Origin: a virus
Lineage: Duplodnaviria > Caudoviricetes
IMG/VR virus record: IMGVR_UViG_3300032269_001699
Span: 1 to 41,633 of that record
Reading direction: 5' to 3' (one strand)
DNA: 41,633 nucleotides
The notes under the pieces were generated by a model that made no database searches, was not told where the DNA came from, and saw only the letters and a program-made list of their open reading frames with translations. Numbering within the stretch: the stretch's first letter is position 1; the number at the start of each line of letters is the position of its first letter. Below, piece after piece: positions 6,813 through 15,689 of the stretch. A program made the translations under genes and the position numbers.

Positions 6813-8393
6813 TTAGGCTGCTTCAAGTAATAAAACATTACTGTTTCTTGCAAACCTGGCTGGATTGTTGATATTTTTTGTATAACTTGCTTCACCTTCA
6901 AAGCTATCAACTACGGATTTATCCTGCGCTGAATATTTGGAATATTCTTTGTTGCCATAACCATCTGGTAGCCAGTTTTTACCTCTGCAAGTAATAATGT
7001 TAAACTTCCGTAGCAAAGTTTCATCTTTAAAAGTGAGGTGTAATGTCCCTTTTTTATAAAAGGCTATCTTTTTAAAGAAAGTGCTTTCAATATTGCTACT
7101 CACATGCACAGCCATAGCATTTTCAATTGCATAGCTGGTTTTAGTATATGAGCTATATCCAGCAATATAGTTAAGAACCTTATCTACATCGTCCAGGTAA
7201 TCCCTTACTACATAATTAAGTTCCATGCCCCTATAGCCATAAAATGCGTTTCCATAGCTACTACGCACCGGAATAATAATTTTATTAGAAACTTTAAATG
7301 CTTGATTGGTTTTCCAAGTATCAAAATGCAGCCTGTTTTTGTCACATTCGACCCAATAAGAATATTTGGTTGTAAGGTCGTCAAATAATTTAACTGCCGC
7401 ATCTATAAGTGTTTGCTCATAGCTTCCTATGAGGTTGATTATAAAACTGCGTACATTATTAGCCGTAAAGTCCAGATGTGAATGCTTAGAAAGCTGTGCA
7501 TAAAATCTAGTGCGGTTTTCAGAGGTCATTCTTGAAGTAACTGGCCTGATACTTATTGCTTTATTCCAATAATCTTTACGGAGGTTTTTATTAAATTCAT
7601 TTACCTGGTTCTGCATAGCGCTGGCAATATCGCCTTTACTATCTTCATCCTGAACTGTAAGCGTTATGAAACCGCTAATGATTTTAAAGTTTTTATAAAA
7701 ATCCATTATGGTTTTCAGGCCAACAGCCCTTTGTTGCTGATATTGGTCAACAAGTGACTGAACCACATCATTATGCGCTATATTTGCTTGTAGTTCCTCA
7801 TCTATAGTGAGTTTTTCTTCCCGTATTTTATCAGAAGCACCTTGCAACAAATCATCTTCGATGTTTTTAACAACCTCAATATGGATTAATGCAATTTCTA
7901 CGTTGGTTTTACGCTCTGCATCTTTGAAAGCATCCTGGATATACCCAACATCAGCGCCAACTTCTTTTAACCTTTTACAAAGTTCCTTTCTTGTTGGTGT
8001 GCAGGGGTTTTTGATAGTTTCCGCATTAAGCAAACAAACAATTTCGCCGGAATATAAAATATCAATTGCTTTTAGAAGGTGCTTGTCGCCTTCATCAAAC
8101 GGTGGATTCATAAGGATTAAATCGAATATATCGCCACCGTTATACAAGAGGAAATTGCTATCAATAACCCGTATGTCCTTGCCCATTAATGATGCGAATA
8201 AATCCGGGTCTTTTTCAATGGCTTTAATGTCAGGTCTGGAGTAACCGAACAATCGTGATTTATTGAGATATTCTATAATATCTCCCTTACCTGCGCTTGG
8301 TTCCAGAATTGCCTTCGGCTCACGGTTTTTTATTTTGGCGCACATCCTGATTATTAAATGTTCCGGTGTCGGATAGAAATTTTTATTTAGCAT
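6813..8393 (-). CDS. N6-adenine DNA methyltransferase with DUF4942-like C-terminal domain, 526 aa
   Basis: FYPTP, motif I ILEPSAGKG, motif IV ILMNPPF, AERKTNVE, C-terminal FYKKGTLHLTF...FNI...KNWLP. Confidence 0.88.
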   Translation of the reverse strand: MLNKNFYPTPEHLIIRMCAKIKNREPKAILEPSAGKGDIIEYLNKSRLFGYSRPDIKAIEKDPDLFASLMGKDIRVIDSNFLLYNGGDIFDLILMNPPFDEGDKHLLKAIDILYSGEIVCLLNAETIKNPCTPTRKELCKRLKEVGADVGYIQDAFKDAERKTNVEIALIHIEVVKNIEDDLLQGASDKIREEKLTIDEELQANIAHNDVVQSLVDQYQQQRAVGLKTIMDFYKNFKIISGFITLTVQDEDSKGDIASAMQNQVNEFNKNLRKDYWNKAISIRPVTSRMTSENRTRFYAQLSKHSHLDFTANNVRSFIINLIGSYEQTLIDAAVKLFDDLTTKYSYWVECDKNRLHFDTWKTNQAFKVSNKIIIPVRSSYGNAFYGYRGMELNYVVRDYLDDVDKVLNYIAGYSSYTKTSYAIENAMAVHVSSNIESTFFKKIAFYKKGTLHLTFKDETLLRKFNIITCRGKNWLPDGYGNKEYSKYSAQDKSVVDSFEGEASYTKNINNPARFARNSNVLLLEAA

Positions 8394-8412
8394 GGCCTTT
8401 TTCCTTAATTGG

Positions 8413-8514
8413 TTGGTTTTGTGGTTAATAAGAAAATCCTAACCTACGTGACCTTACCGTCAATCAAAATTCGACCCGCCTAACTAATAATTACTTCTAA
8501 ATATCAATGTGTTA
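8413..8514 (-). promoter_or_regulatory. Repeated early promoter module, copy 7
   Basis: Minus strand: TTGACG-N16-TAGGAT plus leader; IHF consensus TATCAATGTGTTA at 8502-8514. Confidence 0.88.
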
Positions 8515-8564
8515 TTAGCATATAGCAATCTGTAGTATCCTGTAGTAACTTATAGGGAATAAGC

Positions 8565-9926
8565 ATGTTTTTTGGCGCTGTACCCACGCAATGTATCGAG
8601 CAGGTTTTTCGTATCCTCGATTTTAGCAAATGGAACGCAGCTTTCGTATGTTGCTCCGGCAGCTTCCGTATAGGACGTGCGCTTCGGGCAAAATTTCCGC
8701 ATCTGCCGATTTATAGTAATGATGTGAGCCTCTACTCCAGCGCAGTTGGCTATCTGGCTTGCAATAAAGAGTTCAATATCCGTTTTGAAAAAGACCTGGC
8801 CTTTATAGAAGAGCGCCCGGACGTAAACAGCTTCTTTGAAAAGACTGCCGCTATGCTGGTGGCATGTGATATGGCACGGTATGGCGCACGTAAAAATGAA
8901 TATGCATGTAAGCACTTCCAGTATTACGTTGATAATTTTGAATTTTTCTTTAACAAGGCAAAAGACCGCCTCGACCGCACAATCCCTGAAATGCCTATAC
9001 AGGGTTATTTCCCCGATGATTGGCGCAAGCATGTTAAAACAGCGCAGGAGGTGGGTGCTGGAGTATTGGCATTTCCACCGTTTTTTAAAGGTGATTATGA
9101 AGCACAGTTTAAATTTATAGAAGAAAATATCCATTGGCCTGCACCTGACTATGACCTATATGACCCAAAAATGCTCTCTGGCATTATTGATGATATTGAC
9201 ACTTCAGGCATCCAATATTGCGTACTTTCAGACCAATTATACGAACACCGCAAGCCAGTATTGGAATATGTAACAGGGCGGAAAGTACCACATTATTGCT
9301 ATGCACGTACTGATAAATCCAGCGTCCGGCATTTGTATAAAGAGCCGGAGCCATTTGCCTATGACCCCATTAACCCTGCCAAACTGACTAAGAATAGTAA
9401 AATTCAGATTGTCCCGGCGGAAAGCCGCTATATGGATTTTATCAAAGATGTATATTTACAGAAAACAATTATTCACTCGACAGGTATAGCTAACTTCCTT
9501 GTGTTTGTTGATAAAATGCTGGTAGGCGGAATTATTTACTCCCTGCCGAAATTTCCGACTTTCGGGCATAACACAATATACCTGCTGTCAGATGTAACCA
9601 TCTGCCGTGAAGCAAAGCTTTCCAAATTTATTGCATATCTTGCCACCTCTGAAACTTTACTAACCATAGTTGGCAAGAAAATCATCAACAACATTAACTT
9701 TGTGGTAACGACTGCGCGTACTCACAATCACGTTTCCATGAAATATAGAGGCATCTACGAGGTGATGAATCGCCGTGAGGCCGATGACCCGGCTGAAGGC
9801 AACATCATCAATTACGGTTCATCCGCCAGAAATGAAACCCCTCAAGAAATGTACGATAACTGGTATTGGCCTAAACATGGAAAACAATATGTCGAAAGCA
9901 TCAAAAACATCCAAAAAACAGCCTGA
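8565..9926 (+). CDS. Putative DNA-modification protein: Dam-like MTase-fold N-terminus plus Mom-like GNAT C-terminus, 453 aa
   Basis: CCSGSF...IYSNDV (motif I/II-like), LAFPPF at the DPPY position; C-terminus FLVFVDKMLVGGIIY...IYLLSD...LSKFI...VVTTA...SMKYRG. Confidence 0.6.
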   Translation: MFFGAVPTQCIEQVFRILDFSKWNAAFVCCSGSFRIGRALRAKFPHLPIYSNDVSLYSSAVGYLACNKEFNIRFEKDLAFIEERPDVNSFFEKTAAMLVACDMARYGARKNEYACKHFQYYVDNFEFFFNKAKDRLDRTIPEMPIQGYFPDDWRKHVKTAQEVGAGVLAFPPFFKGDYEAQFKFIEENIHWPAPDYDLYDPKMLSGIIDDIDTSGIQYCVLSDQLYEHRKPVLEYVTGRKVPHYCYARTDKSSVRHLYKEPEPFAYDPINPAKLTKNSKIQIVPAESRYMDFIKDVYLQKTIIHSTGIANFLVFVDKMLVGGIIYSLPKFPTFGHNTIYLLSDVTICREAKLSKFIAYLATSETLLTIVGKKIINNINFVVTTARTHNHVSMKYRGIYEVMNRREADDPAEGNIINYGSSARNETPQEMYDNWYWPKHGKQYVESIKNIQKTA

Positions 9927-10842
9927 AGGGGAAAATGTAGATATCCCTCTGGCAGACGATCCAGAACAATATAGCCCCATCAGTTTTGACACAATCGACT
10001 TCCTCGAAGGCCAGACTGAAGAAACACCGCTAAAAATAAGATATTGCGTTGTTCCAATTAAATCTCTGCACATATTATCGGCAGAAGAAAATGCGAGATT
10101 TATGACCGCTGACCAGATGCGGCGGTTGACCGACAATATCAAGCGCGATAAGGCCATGACCTCTGTGGTGTTGGTATATCCTGATTTTCAGGAAAAAAAG
10201 CTGATAGTGATTTCAGGTAATCACCGCGTTGAAGCATCTGCCGCCGCAGGAACTAAAATGATTCCGGCGCTGGTAATCCAATCGCACCTGACAGTGGAAC
10301 ATAGGCTTGCGCTGCAATTATCGCATAACGCTGTTACCGGGCAGGACGACCCAAACACTTTGCTTCGTATCTATGAAGCCTTGAGCATGGAATATAAATC
10401 ATATTCCGGCCTTACCGATGATAGCTTCAACGTACTTGAAAAACTCAATATCGACAGCTTGGCTATAGGCACACCGCAATATGAAGAAATTATCCTGCAA
10501 TTCCTGCCGGATGAAAAAGAAGCTTTCATAGAACATCTGGAACGCCTCGGCAAAGCTGCCGAGAAAAAAACCTATCTGATGGCTGAATATGATGATTACC
10601 TTCGGCTTTTTAGAACAATCGTTGCTGTGAAGGAATTTAAAAATGTTTTCAATTCTGCTGTTGCAATACGCGAACTTGCAGATCTCGCCATAGAGCGGCT
10701 TGAGCAATTAAAAGCTGAAGCTGAAATCATCAAAGAAGAAACCGGAGAAAATCAAAATGACAAAAAAAACGTAAATTTGCACTTGCGGAAATTGAATTTG
10801 CCTTACGTGAAACCGGAGGATTGCAATATCTCGCAGCGCTGA
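9889..10842 (+). CDS. ParB/Sulfiredoxin-domain protein next to terminase; likely start 9889 (MSKASK)
   Basis: ENARFM...LTDNIKRD...IVISGNHRVEA...LQLSHNAVTGQDD; overlaps the upstream gene; 3' end depends on the A8 run at 10762-10769. Confidence 0.8.
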   Translation: MSKASKTSKKQPEGENVDIPLADDPEQYSPISFDTIDFLEGQTEETPLKIRYCVVPIKSLHILSAEENARFMTADQMRRLTDNIKRDKAMTSVVLVYPDFQEKKLIVISGNHRVEASAAAGTKMIPALVIQSHLTVEHRLALQLSHNAVTGQDDPNTLLRIYEALSMEYKSYSGLTDDSFNVLEKLNIDSLAIGTPQYEEIILQFLPDEKEAFIEHLERLGKAAEKKTYLMAEYDDYLRLFRTIVAVKEFKNVFNSAVAIRELADLAIERLEQLKAEAEIIKEETGENQNDKKNVNLHLRKLNLPYVKPEDCNISQR

Positions 10843-11159
10843 AATTGCGTTGTGCGCCAAGCACTATAACAAATTATGTAAACCGCAGTGTGCGTCTACA
10901 AAAAATTGTCGCAGAAGAAGAAGAAAAACGTCATGACCTTGTTGAAGGTAAGCTCATGGAAAAAATAATGGCTGGTGATACAGCGAGTATTATTTTCTAT
11001 CTGAAAACCAAAGCAAAACACCGTGGCTATAGCGAAAGGCACGAGTTTACTGGTGCTGATGGTGACAAAATAAATTTCGTTATAGAAACCCCTCCAGCAA
11101 TGTCAGACATCCATGAATGGGAAAAAACTTTCAAACCAAAACCAGCCGCGCAAAATTAA
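10757..11159 (+). CDS. terS: Terminase small subunit (N-terminal HTH), reading frame broken at the A8 run
   Basis: GGAG + ATG10757. With one A fewer it reads MTKKRKFALAEIEFALRETGGLQYLAALKLRCAPSTITNYV...GDTASIIFYLKTKAKHRGYSERHEFTGADG, typical of TerS, immediately before TerL. Confidence 0.8.
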
Positions 11160-12550
11160 AAAACCATGTTACTCTATGGAAACCACAGCCTGGGCCACAA
11201 TCTGCGCTCCTGTTATGTGATGTATTTGAAGTTTTTTTTTGTGGTGCGCGTGGTGGCGGTAAAACGGATGGTATGCTCGGTGACTTTGCCGTCCATGCAC
11301 AGCGCTATGGACAATACGCCCGTGGTGTATTCTTCAGGCGCACGTATAAACAATTAGAGGAAGTCCTTTACCGCGCCAATCAAATTTATCCTAAACTTGG
11401 CGCTATCTGGTTAAAAGGTGAAGCAATCTGGTTATTTCGTAACGGTGCAACCTTAAAGCTTAGGCATCTTTGGGATGAAGCCGATGCAGAAAATTACCAA
11501 GGACATGCTTACACCTGGATCTGCATAGAAGAAGCAACCAACTGGCCTACTCCGGCGGCTATTGACCGTATCAGGGCAACACTGCGTTCCGCACATAATG
11601 TGCCTGTAAGATTACGTTTGACCGGAAACCCTGGCGGCGCAGGGCATAACTGGGTAAAACAACGTTATATTTCTCCTGCGCCACAAGGTTACAATGTTAT
11701 TATTGACCCTGAAAGCAGGGAGCAACGCGTATTTATTCCATCAAGGTTGGAAGACAATCCAGCACTGACGCTTAGTGACCCTCATTATGAACGGAGGCTT
11801 TTACAATCCGGCTCTGCAACGCTCGTAAAGGCGTGGCGCTTTGGTATCTGGGATATTGTTGCCGGAGGCTTCTTTGATGATATCTGGAATCCTGGCCGAC
11901 AAATTCTTACTCCATTTGAAATACCTGCCACATGGCAGTTCAAGCGTAGCTTCGACTGGGGTTCTGCCAAACCATCATCTCTTGGCTTATGGGCTGTCAG
12001 TGACGGCTCACCTGTAGAATCTATTGGCCGCGTATTCCCTCGTGGCTCAATGATACGCATAAGTGAATGGTATACGGCAGCAAAAGACTATCAAGGTTAT
12101 GTAAAGCCTAACCAGGGTGTCGGGCTTATGAATAAAGAGCTTGGTGCTGGTATTGTCTCTTATAGCAAAGGGCGTAACTGGAGCGGCTGCGTAGCTGACC
12201 CATCTATTTTTATTAAAGCAGGTGGGCCTAGTATTTATGACCAAATGCGTGAAGGTGCGCGTGATGCCGGAGGTATGTTTACTTTCTCCAGGGCCGATAA
12301 TAACCGTATCGCCGGATGGCAAAAAATGCGCGGTATGCTGAAAAACTCACTGGCTGATATACCTGAAAGTCCCGGCCTCTGGGTTTTTGAAAACTGCATC
12401 GACTGGATACGCACAGTTCCAATACTGCAACGTGATAGTAAAAAACCTGACGATATAGACACCGAAAGCGAAGATCATGCTGCGGATGAAACACGTTACG
12501 GCATCATGTCAAGCGGTGAACGCCAGAGCAGCCAAGAATTCTTATTATAA
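11117..12550 (+). CDS. terL: Terminase large subunit, 477 aa
   Basis: PQPGPQ, Walker A GARGGGKT, Walker B ICIEEA, TGNPGG, nuclease motifs SFDWG and EDHAADETRY. Confidence 0.96.
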   Translation: MGKNFQTKTSRAKLKNHVTLWKPQPGPQSALLLCDVFEVFFCGARGGGKTDGMLGDFAVHAQRYGQYARGVFFRRTYKQLEEVLYRANQIYPKLGAIWLKGEAIWLFRNGATLKLRHLWDEADAENYQGHAYTWICIEEATNWPTPAAIDRIRATLRSAHNVPVRLRLTGNPGGAGHNWVKQRYISPAPQGYNVIIDPESREQRVFIPSRLEDNPALTLSDPHYERRLLQSGSATLVKAWRFGIWDIVAGGFFDDIWNPGRQILTPFEIPATWQFKRSFDWGSAKPSSLGLWAVSDGSPVESIGRVFPRGSMIRISEWYTAAKDYQGYVKPNQGVGLMNKELGAGIVSYSKGRNWSGCVADPSIFIKAGGPSIYDQMREGARDAGGMFTFSRADNNRIAGWQKMRGMLKNSLADIPESPGLWVFENCIDWIRTVPILQRDSKKPDDIDTESEDHAADETRYGIMSSGERQSSQEFLL

Positions 12551-12564
12551 AATATCAAAATTAT

Positions 12565-13977
12565 ATGGCTAATAACAAAAAAGCTGATGTTTCTACACCA
12601 AGCCTTGCATATCAAGAAATGCAAAGTGACCTTGAGCTGGTTAATGCTCTAATGGGTGGCACGGAAACCATGCGTGCAGCAGGACAAAAATATCTTCCGA
12701 AAGAACCAAAAGAAAGTAAGGATGCTTACAATAATAGGCTTATGCGCTCGGTATTGTTTAACGCTTTTTCCGATACGGTACAAAAATTGGTTGGGAAGCC
12801 TTTTTCTAAATCAGTTACCATTAAAGATACTACGCCTGAAAATATAAAAACATGGTCAGAAGATATTGACCGTTGTGGTAGTAATATAACCAGCTTTGCG
12901 CGGGAAGTTTTTCGGAGTGGCCTTATTGATGGTTTAACCCATATATTGGTTGATTATCCGCAAAAGAAGGCTGAGAACCTTAGCCTTGCCGATGAACAAG
13001 CGATAGAAGCAAGGCCATATGCTGTTAATATTAAAGCATCTAACCTTATTGCATGGCGTTCTGAAACTGTAAATGGCGTTGAGGAACTAACACAAATCCG
13101 TATTTTTGAGCAATCGACTGTCCCAGATGGACAATGGGGAGAACGCCAGGTTAACCGCATACGTGTTATTACAAAAACAGGTTTTGAGCTTTACGAATTA
13201 AAAGACAAAAAATGGAAACAAATAGAAAGCGGGGAAACCTCCCTTGGCTATATTCCTTTAGTGACATATTATACCAACAAAATCGGTTTTATGTCTGCAA
13301 AGCCGCCACTCATTGACCTTGCATATTTAAACGTCCAGCACTGGCAATCATCTTCCGACCAGGAGCATATATTGCATTTTATACGCTTCCCTCTTTTGCA
13401 TGGCGCTGGTTTTAACAGTGACCAAAAGCAAATTGATATAGGGCCTAACCGGATGATCCTGTCTGAAGACCCAAATGCAAAATTGGTATATGTAGAACAT
13501 TCCGGCGCTGCGGTTGATGCTGGCCGCCAATCCCTCAAAGACATCGAAGATAAAATGGCATCCCTTGGTATGCAGATACTTACCAAACGCTCCGGTGATG
13601 TGACGGCAACATCAGATGCTCTTGATACGGCTAAATCTCATTCAGCGCTTCAGGACATGATACGCCGCCTGGAAAATACCTTCAGTGAAGTTTTCTGGCT
13701 GATGGGCAAATGGGTAAACCAGAATGCGGATAATGTCAGCGGTGTAAACATCAATCAGGATTTTGGATTATCATTAGTAAGCGGCAAAGACGAAGACACA
13801 TTACTCAAGAGCCGTATGGCTGGTGAAATATCACGCACCACTTATCTCAGCGAAATGAAGCGCCGCAATGTACTTAGCGAAGACTTGAACATCGAAGACG
13901 AAATGAGCCGCATAGAAACAGAAGGCACTACTACCAACATTATAACCAATCCTAAACCCAAAGGAAAAACACTATGA
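12565..13977 (+). CDS. Portal protein (DUF4055 family), 470 aa
   Basis: MGGTETMRAAGQKYLPK...YNNRL...LFN; KPPLIDLAYLNVQHWQSSSD; position after TerL. Confidence 0.92.
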   Translation: MANNKKADVSTPSLAYQEMQSDLELVNALMGGTETMRAAGQKYLPKEPKESKDAYNNRLMRSVLFNAFSDTVQKLVGKPFSKSVTIKDTTPENIKTWSEDIDRCGSNITSFAREVFRSGLIDGLTHILVDYPQKKAENLSLADEQAIEARPYAVNIKASNLIAWRSETVNGVEELTQIRIFEQSTVPDGQWGERQVNRIRVITKTGFELYELKDKKWKQIESGETSLGYIPLVTYYTNKIGFMSAKPPLIDLAYLNVQHWQSSSDQEHILHFIRFPLLHGAGFNSDQKQIDIGPNRMILSEDPNAKLVYVEHSGAAVDAGRQSLKDIEDKMASLGMQILTKRSGDVTATSDALDTAKSHSALQDMIRRLENTFSEVFWLMGKWVNQNADNVSGVNINQDFGLSLVSGKDEDTLLKSRMAGEISRTTYLSEMKRRNVLSEDLNIEDEMSRIETEGTTTNIITNPKPKGKTL

Positions 13978-14597
13978 ATAATCAAGAGGCCGCTTTCCTT
14001 GCTGAAAGCAACCGTATCGAAGGATACGATTATGAAGCAAGACTTTATCAGGAAACCCCTTGCGATAAGAAGCATGTAAATAATAGCGCAAGCGCGTGGC
14101 GGTATATGGTGCTTCATCATAAAGAAGCCATTACCATAGAGCATATTCTGCATCTTCATCAGTTACAAATGCACGGCTCACTATCACCAGCCAATACTGG
14201 AAAACTACGCTCTTGCCGGGTTTATATAGGTAGGCATAAACCGCCAGAACCAGAGCTTCTTGATTATTATATGGAACAATTTATTAACGATTTTAATATC
14301 AAATCATCCGACCCAACAACCCTGCATTATGAATTTGAATGGATTCACCCATTTGTAGACGGTAACGGGCGTGTCGGAAGGTTATTGTGGGCCTGGGATT
14401 TATTACGCCGTAGCAAAAAAATATATCCGATTTTAGATAATTACGTGCAGCCTGCAAGAACCGCATTGGAAGCAATGATAAACACTGAATTCCATATCAG
14501 ACGGAATCGCTACTACCAAGCATTAAATGAGTTTCATTTTCAGCGCAGGGAATCATCAAGTAACCTTATGTCACCGCTTGCTGTTTCTTGTATATAA
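13974..14597 (+). CDS. Fic/Doc family protein with N-terminal inhibitory motif (class II-like), 207 aa
   Basis: Complete catalytic motif HPFVDGNGRVGR; SNRIEG matches (S/T)xxxE(G/N); ATGA overlap with the portal stop. Confidence 0.92.
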   Translation: MNNQEAAFLAESNRIEGYDYEARLYQETPCDKKHVNNSASAWRYMVLHHKEAITIEHILHLHQLQMHGSLSPANTGKLRSCRVYIGRHKPPEPELLDYYMEQFINDFNIKSSDPTTLHYEFEWIHPFVDGNGRVGRLLWAWDLLRRSKKIYPILDNYVQPARTALEAMINTEFHIRRNRYYQALNEFHFQRRESSSNLMSPLAVSCI

Positions 14598-14608
14598 ACG
14601 GATAAATC

Positions 14609-15667
14609 ATGCCAACTGCTAATGAAGCACTTTTTGACGCAAGTATCAGCCACCAGATTTATTTGCAACGGCTTTCAACTGGCACTGTCAGGGAAATTTT
14701 AGACGTACTTACGCAAAGCGAAGCAGGAATTGTTGAAAGGCTTTTACGCGAAGACCTGACGGAATTTACGCAATCCCGGTTGAAGGGATTGCTGGCGGAG
14801 ATTCGTAAACTCAATCATGCAGCTTATGAAGTATTGCAAGAGAACCTCACCGGGCAACTTTCTGATATTGCAGAGCATGAATCCAATTTCCAGGCCGGAT
14901 TAATTGAGAAAGTTTTACCTATAGAATTTACACTAATCCGGCCTTCTATAGAAATCCTGGCTTCCATCATTAATAACAAACCATTACAAGGCAGGTTTAT
15001 TGCCGACGAAGTAAAAGACCTTGATGCAATTAGAATTAAGCAAATTGAGCAAGCTTTAAGGATAGGCGTTCTAGAAGGTAAAACTACTTCTGAAATTGTA
15101 CGCAGTTTACGTGGTACTAAAAGCCTTAATTATAAAGATGGAATTTTACAGCGCTCCCGTAATGATGTTGAAAGGCTGGTACGCACCTCAATAACACATG
15201 TTACAGTCCGTGCGCGGGATGAGCTTTATAGCCGGAATACTGAAGTTATAAAGCAGTGGCGTTTCGTAGCTACACTTGATTCCCGCACTTCAAAAATCTG
15301 CATTGCCCTGGATGGTACTGTATATGATATCGGAACTGGCTCAATGCCGCCGCGCCATCCTAACTGCCGTAGCACCACTTCACCTATCCTGAAAAGCTGG
15401 CAGGAAATGGGGCTGAATATTAGTGAGTTGCCAGCCAGTACCAGGGCCACAATGGATGGTCAAGTGCCAGAAAACATCACTTACCAGCAATGGCTAAAAA
15501 AGAAACCACGCGAATTTGTCGAAGATGTGCTAGGAAAAACTAAAGCAAAACTTTTCCTGGATGGAAATATGTCAGTCGATAAATTCTTTGATGCCACCGG
15601 AAAGGAATATACCCTGCCAGAACTTAAAAAACGTGATAATAGCATCTTTGCAACCTTGCAAATTTAA
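14609..15667 (+). CDS. Minor head/head morphogenesis protein (SPP1 gp7/Mu gpF family), 352 aa
   Basis: ATLDSRTSKICIALDG...PPRHPNCRS...RATMDGQV...TYQQWL. Confidence 0.93.
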   Translation: MPTANEALFDASISHQIYLQRLSTGTVREILDVLTQSEAGIVERLLREDLTEFTQSRLKGLLAEIRKLNHAAYEVLQENLTGQLSDIAEHESNFQAGLIEKVLPIEFTLIRPSIEILASIINNKPLQGRFIADEVKDLDAIRIKQIEQALRIGVLEGKTTSEIVRSLRGTKSLNYKDGILQRSRNDVERLVRTSITHVTVRARDELYSRNTEVIKQWRFVATLDSRTSKICIALDGTVYDIGTGSMPPRHPNCRSTTSPILKSWQEMGLNISELPASTRATMDGQVPENITYQQWLKKKPREFVEDVLGKTKAKLFLDGNMSVDKFFDATGKEYTLPELKKRDNSIFATLQI

Positions 15668-15683
15668 TTCCATACAATATAAT
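15656..15683 (+). promoter_or_regulatory. Sigma70-type promoter for a leaderless transcript
   Basis: TTGCAA-N16-TATAAT, ending 6 nt before ATG 15690, which lacks an SD sequence. Confidence 0.6.
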
Positions 15684-15689
15684 TTGTGT

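Noticed and set aside
2775-8514. Repeats as a CRISPR array or integron attC sites
   Set aside because: Spacing is irregular (about 0.2-1.9 kb) and contains whole genes; the repeats are promoter-shaped and not palindromic; there are no cas or intI genes and no RYYYAAC...GTTRRRY pairing.
8550-9134. 194-aa minus-strand ORF, and similar overlapping ORFs such as 7807-8244, 25436-25984 and 39382-39684
   Set aside because: They lie antisense to well-supported genes and have no recognisable motifs.
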